A DNA stretch of 52,072 nucleotides from a virus, in the IMG/VR virus record IMGVR_UViG_3300013947_000055, positions 1 to 52,072 of that record. One strand, given 5' to 3'. This document shows positions 15,771 through 23,528 of the stretch, one piece after another. The notes under the pieces are model-generated. The model did no database searches. It was not told the origin of the DNA and saw only the letters and a list, made by a program, of their open reading frames with translations. Both the position numbers and the translations under genes were made by a program. Each line of letters starts with the position of its first letter. The stretch's first letter is position 1.

Positions 15771-16110
15771 GGTTATGGTCAAAGTCCTCAATGAGGACAG
15801 GGACGAACTGCGGTGGGAGCATCTTTGCTATGCTCCCGCCCTCCTGTACCTCAAGTTCTTAACTGTCAAGGATATTGAGCGCTTTGAACTGGCTGAGTAC
15901 CTGTCTAAGTGGGCTATGTTCGACTTTAATATAGACCTACAAATGACAAAAAGTAGTGACCTTGCACTTCTTAAGGAGCTCATTGTAAATCGTTACAAAA
16001 AGATGTTCCCTTACCTTGCAAGGTCTTTTAATGACAGCCATGTAGACCACCAAGGATGGGTGAGAATCTGGCTGACAGACCACATGGAAAGGGAGCTGAA
16101 GAGAAAATGA
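15739..16110 (+). CDS. Hypothetical protein (start uncertain; an alternative ATG is at 15775)
   Basis: ORF in the operon with 32-nt overlap on the upstream gene; no motif recognised. Confidence 0.45.
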   Translation: MAIPRDEKLIKVMVKVLNEDRDELRWEHLCYAPALLYLKFLTVKDIERFELAEYLSKWAMFDFNIDLQMTKSSDLALLKELIVNRYKKMFPYLARSFNDSHVDHQGWVRIWLTDHMERELKRK

Positions 16111-16532
16111 CTGAACCTAACTGGAAGAAGACCCTGCCTAAGATCGTAGCCGTGGACTTTGATGGTACACTGGTAAAGGATGCCTACCCTAACGTAGGTG
16201 AACCTATTTGGTCTATGATAAACTATTGCAAAGCCCTCAGAAAGGCCGGGGTCAAGCTAATTCTCTGGACCAGCAGAGACAATGAGACTCCTGACAGAGC
16301 ACTTGACAGAGCTGTAAACTGGTGCAAGGACAATGGTCTTGAGTTTGATGCAGTAAATGAGAATCTGCCTGAGCTCAAGGAAATTTTCCAGAATGATACC
16401 CGTAAGGTCTATGCAGACCTGTACATTGACGACAAGGCTGTGTTTGCTGGTCAGCATCCTATTCATTGGCTACATAGGATTGGTCTCAGCTGGGATGCTT
16501 TGGTAAAGGGGTTTTATGGGCTTAGAAAGTAA
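16107..16532 (+). CDS. HAD-superfamily phosphatase
   Basis: ATGA coupling at 16107; motif I VAVDFDGTL, motif II LWTSRD, motif IV YIDDK. Confidence 0.6.
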   Translation: MTEPNWKKTLPKIVAVDFDGTLVKDAYPNVGEPIWSMINYCKALRKAGVKLILWTSRDNETPDRALDRAVNWCKDNGLEFDAVNENLPELKEIFQNDTRKVYADLYIDDKAVFAGQHPIHWLHRIGLSWDALVKGFYGLRK

Positions 16533-16893
16533 CTTTCAGTCCAGAGCTCTGGAGTATCTCAATTCTATTCCTGGCTGCAAGGCTGAGAACGTGTCCGGCA
16601 ATGCCATGCAGTCGGGTAGACCTGACATCAATGGCTGCTTTCATGGTCGTGCGTTCAAACTGGAGCTAAAAGTTCCTGACCACAAGAACGCGACCAGTAA
16701 AAAGCAGGAGCTTGAGCTTCGTAAATGGGCTACCGTAGGCTGTTCTATCGGAGTCCTCTATTCTATGACTGCCCTAAAAGACTGGGTCAGCACAATGCAG
16801 CATCTCTGTAAGGAGAGTTATTGGACTGGAGAGCCTTGGGTAGTGACCAAGAGGGAAGAGGAGAACGGTTGTGAATCTTGGTTCTGGGTCTAA
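16516..16893 (+). CDS. VRR-NUC domain nuclease
   Basis: GRPDING...AFKLELK matches the PD-(D/E)XK core of VRR-NUC; lies directly upstream of an SNF2 helicase, a common phage pairing. Confidence 0.55.
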   Translation: MGLESNFQSRALEYLNSIPGCKAENVSGNAMQSGRPDINGCFHGRAFKLELKVPDHKNATSKKQELELRKWATVGCSIGVLYSMTALKDWVSTMQHLCKESYWTGEPWVVTKREEENGCESWFWV

Positions 16894-18301
16894 GTTCATA
16901 TTCAAGACGAAGCCTTGGGCACATCAGCTCAAGGCTCTTGAATATATGTATCCTCGGGATGCAGCAGCTCTATACACAAAACCTGGATCAGGTAAGACCA
17001 AGATCATGATTGACCTCGTGGTCAATAGGGGCTTTAAGAGGGTGTTGGTAGTAGCTCCTAAAAAGCCCTGTGACGTCTGGAAACCTCAGATTCAACTCCA
17101 CTCTGACATTCCTCCTGACCATGTGTATGAGCTGCACAACATGACCGGCAAGGAAAAGGCGGCCTTGTTAAAAACCTTTAAGCCCGTAAAGCCCGGAGAG
17201 GGCTGCACTATCTTTATCTGTAACTATGACTCTATCTGGCAAAAGCCTGTGGACAAGGTCTGGTTCTATAAGAAACTGGGGATTGACTGCGTCATCTGTG
17301 ATGAGAGCCATCGTATCAAGTCCCCGTCAAGCAAGTGCTCATGCTTCTTAGCCCGATTAGGCAGAGTTGTACCTCACCGCTACCTACTGACAGGTACTCC
17401 TCTGGCAGAGAATCCCTTGGACGTATACGCGCAGTACAGATTCCTTGACCGGTCTATTTACGGTACGAATTACTCTGCATTCTGTGACAAGTACCTGAAC
17501 ATTGACGTCAACCTCAGTGCCAGAGTTGGCTTCCCTATAAAGGACAAGAAGCAGCCTTACAAAAACCTTGATGATCTTAGGGAGAAGATGTTTAGCTGTG
17601 CGTTCTACATGAAGTCCACGGTAAAGCTCGCCAAGCCTACTCACATGGTTAAGAAGATTCCAATGCCCGCTGGACTGGAATATCTGTATAAGGAACTGTC
17701 TAAAGAAGGTGCTCTCGAGATGGACGAGGGCTACATGACCGTGAATAATGCTCTGTCTATGGTCATCCGCAAGCAGCAGGTGACGAGTGGATACTTACCT
17801 TTAGAGCATGACGATGGCACAACCGAGCTGAAGCGGATAAGCACCTACCGGCGCACATATCTGTATCAGTTCCTCAAGGGTCTACCTGAGTCTGAACCAG
17901 TGGTCATTTTCGCAAAGTTCTCGAAAGACCTGTATGCTATCCGCAAGGTGGCCGAAAGGCTCGGCTGTGGATACTCTGAGGTATCAGGAAAAGAGGACTC
18001 CCTAAGAGTCTGGAAGTCTGGCAAGACTCGTATCCTCGGGGTACAGTATACAGCAGGGTCGGAGAGTATTGACCTGACAAGAGCTCACCTGTGCATCTTC
18101 TATACCCTTGACCATTCTTTAGGTAAGTATGACCAAGCCCGTGCTCGTGTTCGCCGTCCTGGTCAGGAAAAGCCTTGTATTTACTATCACTTTGTAGCAA
18201 CCATGTCTTCGGGTAAGACCATCGACCAAGAGATTCTTCAGTGCTGGAAGGACAAGAAAAACTACATAGACTTTGTCATGGAAAATTCTCAAAAATCATG
18301 A
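16871..18301 (+). CDS. SNF2/Rad54-family helicase
   Basis: Motif I KPGSGKT, motif II VICDESHRIK, LLTGTPLAENPLD, C-terminal helicase domain (QARARVRRPGQ). Confidence 0.85.
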   Translation: MNLGSGSKFIFKTKPWAHQLKALEYMYPRDAAALYTKPGSGKTKIMIDLVVNRGFKRVLVVAPKKPCDVWKPQIQLHSDIPPDHVYELHNMTGKEKAALLKTFKPVKPGEGCTIFICNYDSIWQKPVDKVWFYKKLGIDCVICDESHRIKSPSSKCSCFLARLGRVVPHRYLLTGTPLAENPLDVYAQYRFLDRSIYGTNYSAFCDKYLNIDVNLSARVGFPIKDKKQPYKNLDDLREKMFSCAFYMKSTVKLAKPTHMVKKIPMPAGLEYLYKELSKEGALEMDEGYMTVNNALSMVIRKQQVTSGYLPLEHDDGTTELKRISTYRRTYLYQFLKGLPESEPVVIFAKFSKDLYAIRKVAERLGCGYSEVSGKEDSLRVWKSGKTRILGVQYTAGSESIDLTRAHLCIFYTLDHSLGKYDQARARVRRPGQEKPCIYYHFVATMSSGKTIDQEILQCWKDKKNYIDFVMENSQKS

Positions 18302-18404
18302 GTTTTCTTTATTTTCGGGTATTTTCCTTACAGATTCACAGAGAAAAGTCCTAAAGTCTTGCATTTCTGTAAGTTTTCCAAACTTATCTACAAGATTTTA
18401 GGGC

Positions 18405-18433
18405 TTTACTTCTGTGAAGGGATGATATATGAT
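18405..18433 (+). promoter_or_regulatory. Consensus-family promoter gcTTTACT-N17-TATGAT with no protein gene downstream
   Basis: -35 tttact 18405..18410, spacer tctgtgaagggatgata (17 nt), -10 tatgat 18428..18433; same gcTTTACTT core as the late promoters. Confidence 0.55.
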
Positions 18434-18439
18434 GTAATC

Positions 18440-18692
18440 ACGATAAGGACAGCACCCTCACCGTTCGTGGTACGATCAAGGCTCACTCCGAGTACCACGG
18501 TGTACGTCAAACGGAGCTCCCTCGGTGCAAAGTCGCGTGAATCCCGTTCTTCAGTCAGTTTATCTAAGTAATTTCGTCAGCTACGAGGTGGGGGTAGGTG
18601 AGTTTGCCCCCGGAAGTCAGCTGACCTCCTCGAGGATTTCAGCTTAGAAAGATCTCCCCCGCCTGTGACGAGGGAGATCTTCCTTATTTATT
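18440..18692 (+). ncRNA. Candidate structured non-coding RNA (about 250 nt) between promoter 18405..18433 and terminator 18649..18681
   Basis: No ATG and no RBS-preceded ORF. Predicted helices: caccg-ttc-gtggtac with gtaccacggtg; gggggt...gccccc; gtcagct...agctgac. Confidence 0.4.
18649..18681. terminator. Convergence-point hairpin terminator (aagatctccc-N13-gggagatctt)
   Basis: Perfect 10-bp stem followed on the plus strand by ccttatttatt; lies between the convergent plus and minus arms. Confidence 0.6.
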
Positions 18693-18814
18693 CGGACTGT
18701 ACGGAACAATGCGCTGCTCGGCTTCACTCCAGACATACATAGGGACGTCAAAGTGAGGGTGATCTACAATGACATAGCGGTCGTTACCGACCCTTATGAA
18801 TAACTGAGGCTGAC

Positions 18815-19423
18815 TCAGCAGATGTCCACACCGATCGTCTTGCATTTCTCTTTATACTCCTCATGGTATTTGTCCTGAAGCATCTGCACGTACTCAGAGC
18901 TGTAATCCACAGCACGGAGCTCCAAGCACAGGCGTTCCAGATACTTGAGCTCCATGTCCACGTCACAGATGAGGCCGTTGACCTTGTTGAAGTCTGCGAT
19001 GCAATGCCACTCCAGCAGATAGTGAGCGCACTTCTCAAAGAGCGCCTTGGTCTCAGTCTCCCAAGACTTGTACTGCTCCATGGCTTTCTGCACGGTCTGT
19101 TTACGTACCCCAGCGGGGACGTCAGTCCGGTTGTACTGATACCAGTCGTACGGGATGATCTCTACGGGCTCCAGGTCCTCCTCAGGGATCAGCGACCCGT
19201 GGTGGTTGATATAGTACCTCTTGATGGCACGGTGCTCAGCAGACTCGGCGAAGTACTGATACTCGTGCATCCGTTTGAAGCCCCTTAGACCCAGAAAATC
19301 AAACAGGTCAGCCATCTCATCATGGAACATGAGAGCCGTGATCTGTCTGGCATTGATGTCAGTAAAGACTTCCTTAACGTCTTTAGGAGCATACTCTTCC
19401 ACAGAGAGCTTCATCTTTGCCAT
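18815..19423 (-). CDS. Hypothetical protein, possibly ferritin-like four-helix bundle
   Basis: LGLRGFKRMHEYQYFAESAEHRAIKRYYINHHG loosely parallels the ferritin helix B E-x-x-H region; last gene of the minus arm. Confidence 0.3.
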   Translation of the reverse strand: MAKMKLSVEEYAPKDVKEVFTDINARQITALMFHDEMADLFDFLGLRGFKRMHEYQYFAESAEHRAIKRYYINHHGSLIPEEDLEPVEIIPYDWYQYNRTDVPAGVRKQTVQKAMEQYKSWETETKALFEKCAHYLLEWHCIADFNKVNGLICDVDMELKYLERLCLELRAVDYSSEYVQMLQDKYHEEYKEKCKTIGVDIC

Positions 19424-19623
19424 TATGTCACCTCCAGTTTGGTAAGAAGTTTGGACAGCTTCTCATCCTGGTCAGCAAGGTGTCTGTGAATGTCATCCAC
19501 AGCAGCCTGCACAGTCTTGCTCATGGTACTTTGGTCAACATTCTCACCGTAGTTAGCAAGACCAATAAGGAATGACACTACGGTCATAGCATCCAGGACG
19601 GTGAACTGTTCTCGGTTATTCAT
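19423..19623 (-). CDS. Hypothetical small protein
   Basis: 66-aa ORF coupled on both sides (overlapping start/stop codons). Confidence 0.5.
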   Translation of the reverse strand: MNNREQFTVLDAMTVVSFLIGLANYGENVDQSTMSKTVQAAVDDIHRHLADQDEKLSKLLTKLEVT

Positions 19624-20042
19624 GCCAGCTTTACCACTCCAACACAGGTGTGATTGACGTTGCCAGCCACACCACTGATATTGAGGGTAATGAGAGGACG
19701 GTTCACACAGCAGGTGATGATCTCCAGGTCGGTCTCAACGTGAGCAGTGTACACGTCACCGGCTGCGACCGTCTGCTGAGAGATAGCACAGGGGAGCGCC
19801 ACACCGTCCTTATAGAGCTGGACAATGGCAACACCCGCAGCAGTCGGGGTATAGGTAACGTCTGCAGACAGATGATATAGGCCAGACTTATTGACCCGGA
19901 TGCTCGCCGTGTTGAGGGTGAGAGAGCAGCCACTATCCACAACCGGAGTGCCCTCAAGGTTGAGCGGGGTAAGTGCAGCAGTGAACGCCTGAGCCGTGTT
20001 GTTATATACGCGGATGCAGGACTTAGCATACTGGTTATTCAT
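19620..20042 (-). CDS. BclA C-terminal/C1q-TNF-like jelly-roll protein (tentative)
   Basis: RBS ggaaggag before ATG 20042 (the ORF-track start 20060 contains the RBS); IRVNKSGLYHLSADVTYTP...LYKDGVALP pattern resembles exosporium BclA-C/C1q-like domains. Confidence 0.35.
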   Translation of the reverse strand: MNNQYAKSCIRVYNNTAQAFTAALTPLNLEGTPVVDSGCSLTLNTASIRVNKSGLYHLSADVTYTPTAAGVAIVQLYKDGVALPCAISQQTVAAGDVYTAHVETDLEIITCCVNRPLITLNISGVAGNVNHTCVGVVKLA

Positions 20043-20067
20043 GGTAGATTCTCCTTCCATAATAAAC

Positions 20068-20091
20068 AGAGGAGGGCGCTTGCCCTCCTCT
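20068..20091 (-). terminator. Rho-independent terminator (agaggagggc-N4-gccctcctct)
   Basis: Perfect 10-bp stem; on the minus strand it is followed by gtttatt. Confidence 0.6.
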
Positions 20092-20129
20092 TAAAGTTGG
20101 GCATAATTATATGCCAAGGGTGATGCAGT

Positions 20130-20819
20130 TCAGCAGCCGCAGTTGTTACCGCAGCCGTAAGAGCCGTAACCATTCGCAGCCGTGTACGGGCTGCAAGTGA
20201 TGTAGGCCGGAGTCGGGAACGGGCGCAGCGTACCGATGAGAGTCTGCGTCTGAGACAGTGTACCAAGCTGGAGCTGAGCCGCCTGAAGCTGGTCACGGAG
20301 CTCCTGGATGGTGTTCTGGGTCATGAGCGCACGAGTCGCATCGCCGTCGGCCTTGATCACATTGACGATGTCACAGGTGTTACGAGCATTCTCGTAACGG
20401 ACGGCGTCAATGTTACGGTTGGTTTCGCAGCAGCACTGCTGAGCAGCAAAGCGGCTCTCAGTGATGTTGTTGTTCACCCCGTTGAAGCCCTGACAGAGCT
20501 GAGACTGGATGCCATTCATGCCCTGAAGCATGGTCGTGTTCTGAGTGTAGAAGCCATCACAGAGACCGTTCTGGATGCCACGGATACCGTTCTCAAGACC
20601 CTGATTGTTCAGACCCTCGTAGAGCTCAGCACGGGTGAGAGCGCCCTGTGCAGCGGCATTGTTACCAAAGCCGAAACCGCCACCGCCCCATGCCAGCAGG
20701 AAGAACAGGAAGAACACCCACACCCAAGTGCCTCCTGCACCACCGAACATGCCGTCAGTGTTTCTGTTCTGCAGCGCGGCAACATCCGCTACAGACAGGC
20801 CACCAGATTCCATACCCAT
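20130..20819 (-). CDS. Hypothetical membrane protein, Gly/Trp-rich TM segment and Cys-rich ectodomain
   Basis: GTWVWVFFLFFLLAWGGGGFGFG TM segment; repeated G(L/I)Q-x-(G/Q)LC-x-GF units; QQCCCETN; C-terminus YGCGNNCGC. Confidence 0.55.
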   Translation of the reverse strand: MGMESGGLSVADVAALQNRNTDGMFGGAGGTWVWVFFLFFLLAWGGGGFGFGNNAAAQGALTRAELYEGLNNQGLENGIRGIQNGLCDGFYTQNTTMLQGMNGIQSQLCQGFNGVNNNITESRFAAQQCCCETNRNIDAVRYENARNTCDIVNVIKADGDATRALMTQNTIQELRDQLQAAQLQLGTLSQTQTLIGTLRPFPTPAYITCSPYTAANGYGSYGCGNNCGC

Positions 20820-20848
20820 TGTTAGTACCTCCTTGTTAGAATTTTATA

Positions 20849-21067
20849 TCAACCCAGTGGAAACTGGGATTGAAACTGAGCCCAAGCATCATCGAAGTCA
20901 ATGCCTCTCTGCTTGCATACATTTATGCAGATCTCTTTAATCTGCTCTGGAGTTTTACCCTGAGTCATCTGCTGAGCCTGACGGAACATAGGATTAGCTC
21001 CAAACTGTTTACTAATGAAGGACATAGGGTTCATCATAGCACCCATCATCTGCATAGGATTCATCAT
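20849..21067 (-). CDS. Hypothetical Met/Gln-rich small protein
   Basis: MMNPMQMMGAMMNPMSF low-complexity N-terminus; overlaps the stop of the upstream gene. Confidence 0.5.
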   Translation of the reverse strand: MMNPMQMMGAMMNPMSFISKQFGANPMFRQAQQMTQGKTPEQIKEICINVCKQRGIDFDDAWAQFQSQFPLG

Positions 21068-21549
21068 TTGTTACCTCCCTTGTTATTGTTGACAGGTTTC
21101 TGCTCGATCTTGGAGAGCCTTTGTTCAACCAGCTCGTTGATGAGGGACTCTACCTCGGAGCGCTTCACATACCCAGATAGGTCAATCTGTTTGGTCGGGG
21201 CTGCCATAGGTGCAGCCTCAGGGGGCTGGTCGATGCTGTACTTCTCAAAGATGATGTTACCATCAAGACCGAGTTGTTTGGTGTAGATCTTGCCATGTGC
21301 TTTGTCAGGGAAAATGAATAAAGACCCATCGAAGTCGATCATGACAGCGTTAGCCTCTTGCTCGTTAGACACGGGTCTACCCTTGAGTACCGGTGCAGCA
21401 GGGGTCTGAGGCTGAGGGGAAGGGGGCTGACCAATAGGCTGACCATAATTGGTAGCAAACTGTGGATACTGAGCCTCCATCATCTGAAGACGCTGCTGTG
21501 CACTCTGCATTGCGGGATTGCCATAAGGATAAGGCATTTGTCCATACAT
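21064..21549 (-). CDS. Hypothetical protein with Gln/Pro/Tyr-rich N-terminus
   Basis: MYGQMPYPYGNPAMQSAQQRLQMMEAQYPQF...PPSPQPQTPAAP followed by a globular C-terminal half. Confidence 0.55.
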   Translation of the reverse strand: MYGQMPYPYGNPAMQSAQQRLQMMEAQYPQFATNYGQPIGQPPSPQPQTPAAPVLKGRPVSNEQEANAVMIDFDGSLFIFPDKAHGKIYTKQLGLDGNIIFEKYSIDQPPEAAPMAAPTKQIDLSGYVKRSEVESLINELVEQRLSKIEQKPVNNNKGGNK

Positions 21550-21642
21550 AGCTGTACCTCCATACTATGAGTTCTCCTGAGTATAAGTATATATCTTTAC
21601 AGGTACAGGATGTATGACTGATGGTTGCCGAATGTATGCAAA

Positions 21643-21680
21643 AAGAATACCCCTACTACTTAGGTAGTAGGGGTATTCTT
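21643..21680 (-). terminator. Rho-independent terminator (17-bp stem) after the sigma-like gene
   Basis: aagaatacccctactac (21643..21659) pairs with gtagtaggggtattctt (21664..21680); on the minus strand it is followed by tttttgc. Confidence 0.8.
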
Positions 21681-21683
21681 GCT

Positions 21684-21914
21684 TTAGAACAGCTTACCCA
21701 GCTTTACGAGGGCTTTAGCGTGTCTTTGTTTAATTGTGATCTCTGCATAGCCGAGCGTGTCTGCTATGTACCGGAAGTCTTTGCCCTTCAGGTAGTGTAA
21801 CCGAAGGATCTCCTTATCCTCATCGGTTAAGGTTGATTGCTCCAACAGGTCATCAAAGCGGCACACACTTGGGATCGCTTTGAGTCGTTTCCTGGTCTCA
21901 ATGTGGGCGCTCAA
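21684..21914 (-). CDS. Sigma-70 region 4-like HTH late transcription regulator
   Basis: LTDEDKEILRLHYLKGKDFRYIADTLGYAEITIKQRHAKALVKL is a typical region 4.2 / ArpU-RinA-like HTH. Confidence 0.65.
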   Translation of the reverse strand: MSAHIETRKRLKAIPSVCRFDDLLEQSTLTDEDKEILRLHYLKGKDFRYIADTLGYAEITIKQRHAKALVKLGKLF

Positions 21915-22035
21915 TCAGAACACTCCTCACTTAGACCGGTACTTACCACAGGTAGGGCATCGGTTCGGATTCCCACCACCATGACCGCCGATGTTGGTCT
22001 TGCCAGCGGGACTGGACTTGGTGACTGTAGAACCT

Positions 22036-22413
22036 TTAGGACTGTAAGTCCGTGTCACTGTCCGGACTGTAATAGTTTGCTTCGCCATTCGGTGTTACCT
22101 CCTCAGAATTTCCTTGGATGTAATTGGCATTCTCACCTGACTGGTAGACGCTGTTGCCAGATCCTTCTCCAGTGTCTTGTTCGACCGTAGTAATGGTCTC
22201 CGTTGTGACCATACCTTTCTCGTACTGCACAAAGATAGTGGCAATGAGTACGTTTGCGAGGATGCTGATGATGAGGATGATCCTGAGCCAGAAGTCCTCT
22301 CGACGCTTGGACTCCAGCATGGTCATAACGATGTGGTTAAGTGCCACACTCTGGTCAAGAGCATCCTCTTCCTTGCGCAGAGTTTCGAGATCGTTGATGG
22401 GATTGTCGAGCAT
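22036..22413 (-). CDS. Membrane protein (holin-like, lysis module)
   Basis: Central TM helix FWLRIILIISILANVLIATIFV; located downstream of the endolysin. Confidence 0.45.
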   Translation of the reverse strand: MLDNPINDLETLRKEEDALDQSVALNHIVMTMLESKRREDFWLRIILIISILANVLIATIFVQYEKGMVTTETITTVEQDTGEGSGNSVYQSGENANYIQGNSEEVTPNGEANYYSPDSDTDLQS

Positions 22414-22417
22414 ACAT

Positions 22418-22732
22418 TCAGCTCCTGTCTTCGTGAGCTCTTAAGATTCTTAAGATCTCAAGGATCGCTTGATTGGTAACATTTGCGTCTTCTTGGTTCT
22501 TAAAGAGAGTCTTGATCTTTTCTTCGTGGGAGTTGACCTTGAGGGAGAGGGAGTTCTGCTGCGAAGTAAGACCCTTAATGTCACTCTTGAGCTCCTCAAT
22601 GCCGTCGACGGCCTGATTGATCTTCTGTAAGACCACACCATCGTTCTTAGCACGGCTGTTCATCCCTACGACGAAGGTTAAGACTCCGATGATGCATGCC
22701 ACAAGGCTGCATACAAAGAGAATAGCCTCCAT
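22418..22732 (-). CDS. Membrane protein with coiled-coil ectodomain (holin/XhlA-like, lysis module)
   Basis: N-terminal TM ILFVCSLVACIIGVLTFVVG then a heptad-rich region; immediately downstream of the endolysin. Confidence 0.45.
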   Translation of the reverse strand: MEAILFVCSLVACIIGVLTFVVGMNSRAKNDGVVLQKINQAVDGIEELKSDIKGLTSQQNSLSLKVNSHEEKIKTLFKNQEDANVTNQAILEILRILRAHEDRS

Positions 22733-22746
22733 AGAGGTGTACCTCC

Positions 22747-23481
22747 TTAGTCAAGTTTCCCAAGACGGTCAAGAACCGTAAGGGCGCGGCATAAGTCTTC
22801 CGATACATTGAGAACCCCATTCTGGTCTCCCTTGAGAGCACCCTTATCGACAACCTTCTGGATACTGGGTCTGTACCAGCTCGGGACATCCTTCAGGGTT
22901 TTGTAAGTTACCACTTCATCGTCATCCTCCTTTCCAGCAGACTTGTTGTACTCTCGTGCATCAATGACCCAGTAGTAAGCAGCCTCGTTACGGAAGGTGT
23001 TCATGTCACCCTCGACACGAGTGGTCTTAGTACTCGCAGGGTCATTGATGTAAACCTTACCATCAGCCCACCAGACCACAACAAAATGACCACTGGAAGT
23101 CCAGTTGCCCTTCTTCATCAAGGTGATGAGGTAGTACCCCTGTTTAAGGAGTGCAAGGGCTTTGTCATGGACGCTGGAGTTAGGCTTATGGTAGGTGTTC
23201 TCCCAGCTCAACTGATAGCAGTGGATACCGAAGTAGGCAAACTGAGGTACAAAGTACGAGTAGTATGTACCCTGTTTGACCGCCTTGTATCCATGCTGAA
23301 GAGACCATTTACAAGCATCCTCCGGGGTAAAGGTCTTGCCAGTAAGGGTCTCAATCAGCATAGCTGCCGCCGTCGGTCCGCAGCCAGAAGCACCGATAGT
23401 AGTGGACTCACCCTTGGCGGAGTAATCTTTGTTCTTCCACCGAGGGTCTGTTTGCAGATAGGAAACAGGTTTCTTATTCAT
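22747..23481 (-). CDS. Endolysin: C39-like/papain-fold cysteine peptidase with C-terminal SLH-like wall-binding motif
   Basis: YLQTDPRWKNKDY...TIGASGCGPTAAAMLIE catalytic-Cys motif; C-terminus KDVPSWYRPSIQKVVDKGALKGDQNG is SLH-like; own consensus promoter. Confidence 0.7.
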   Translation of the reverse strand: MNKKPVSYLQTDPRWKNKDYSAKGESTTIGASGCGPTAAAMLIETLTGKTFTPEDACKWSLQHGYKAVKQGTYYSYFVPQFAYFGIHCYQLSWENTYHKPNSSVHDKALALLKQGYYLITLMKKGNWTSSGHFVVVWWADGKVYINDPASTKTTRVEGDMNTFRNEAAYYWVIDAREYNKSAGKEDDDEVVTYKTLKDVPSWYRPSIQKVVDKGALKGDQNGVLNVSEDLCRALTVLDRLGKLD

Positions 23482-23496
23482 TTTGAGTCCTCCTTC

Positions 23497-23525
23497 ATTA
23501 TATATCTTTCATTCGGAAAAGTAAA
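23497..23525 (-). promoter_or_regulatory. Promoter gcTTTACTtttccgaat-N-TATAAT
   Basis: Minus strand: -35 TTTACT (23520..23525), 17-nt spacer tttccgaatgaaagata, -10 TATAAT (23497..23502), then aaggagg RBS and ATG 23481. Confidence 0.7.
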
Positions 23526-23528
23526 GCC

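Noticed and set aside
18359-18571. 70-aa plus-strand ORF in the convergence region
   Set aside because: It starts upstream of the predicted promoter, has no RBS, and has an atypical composition. The interval is better explained as a non-coding transcript.
21927-22088. 53-aa minus-strand ORF (MAKQTITVRTV...NRCPTCGKYRSK) with a gaggagg RBS
   Set aside because: It overlaps the 3' end of 22036..22413 by 52 nt, and I cannot decide between the two models from sequence alone. It is left unannotated but worth a proteomic check.
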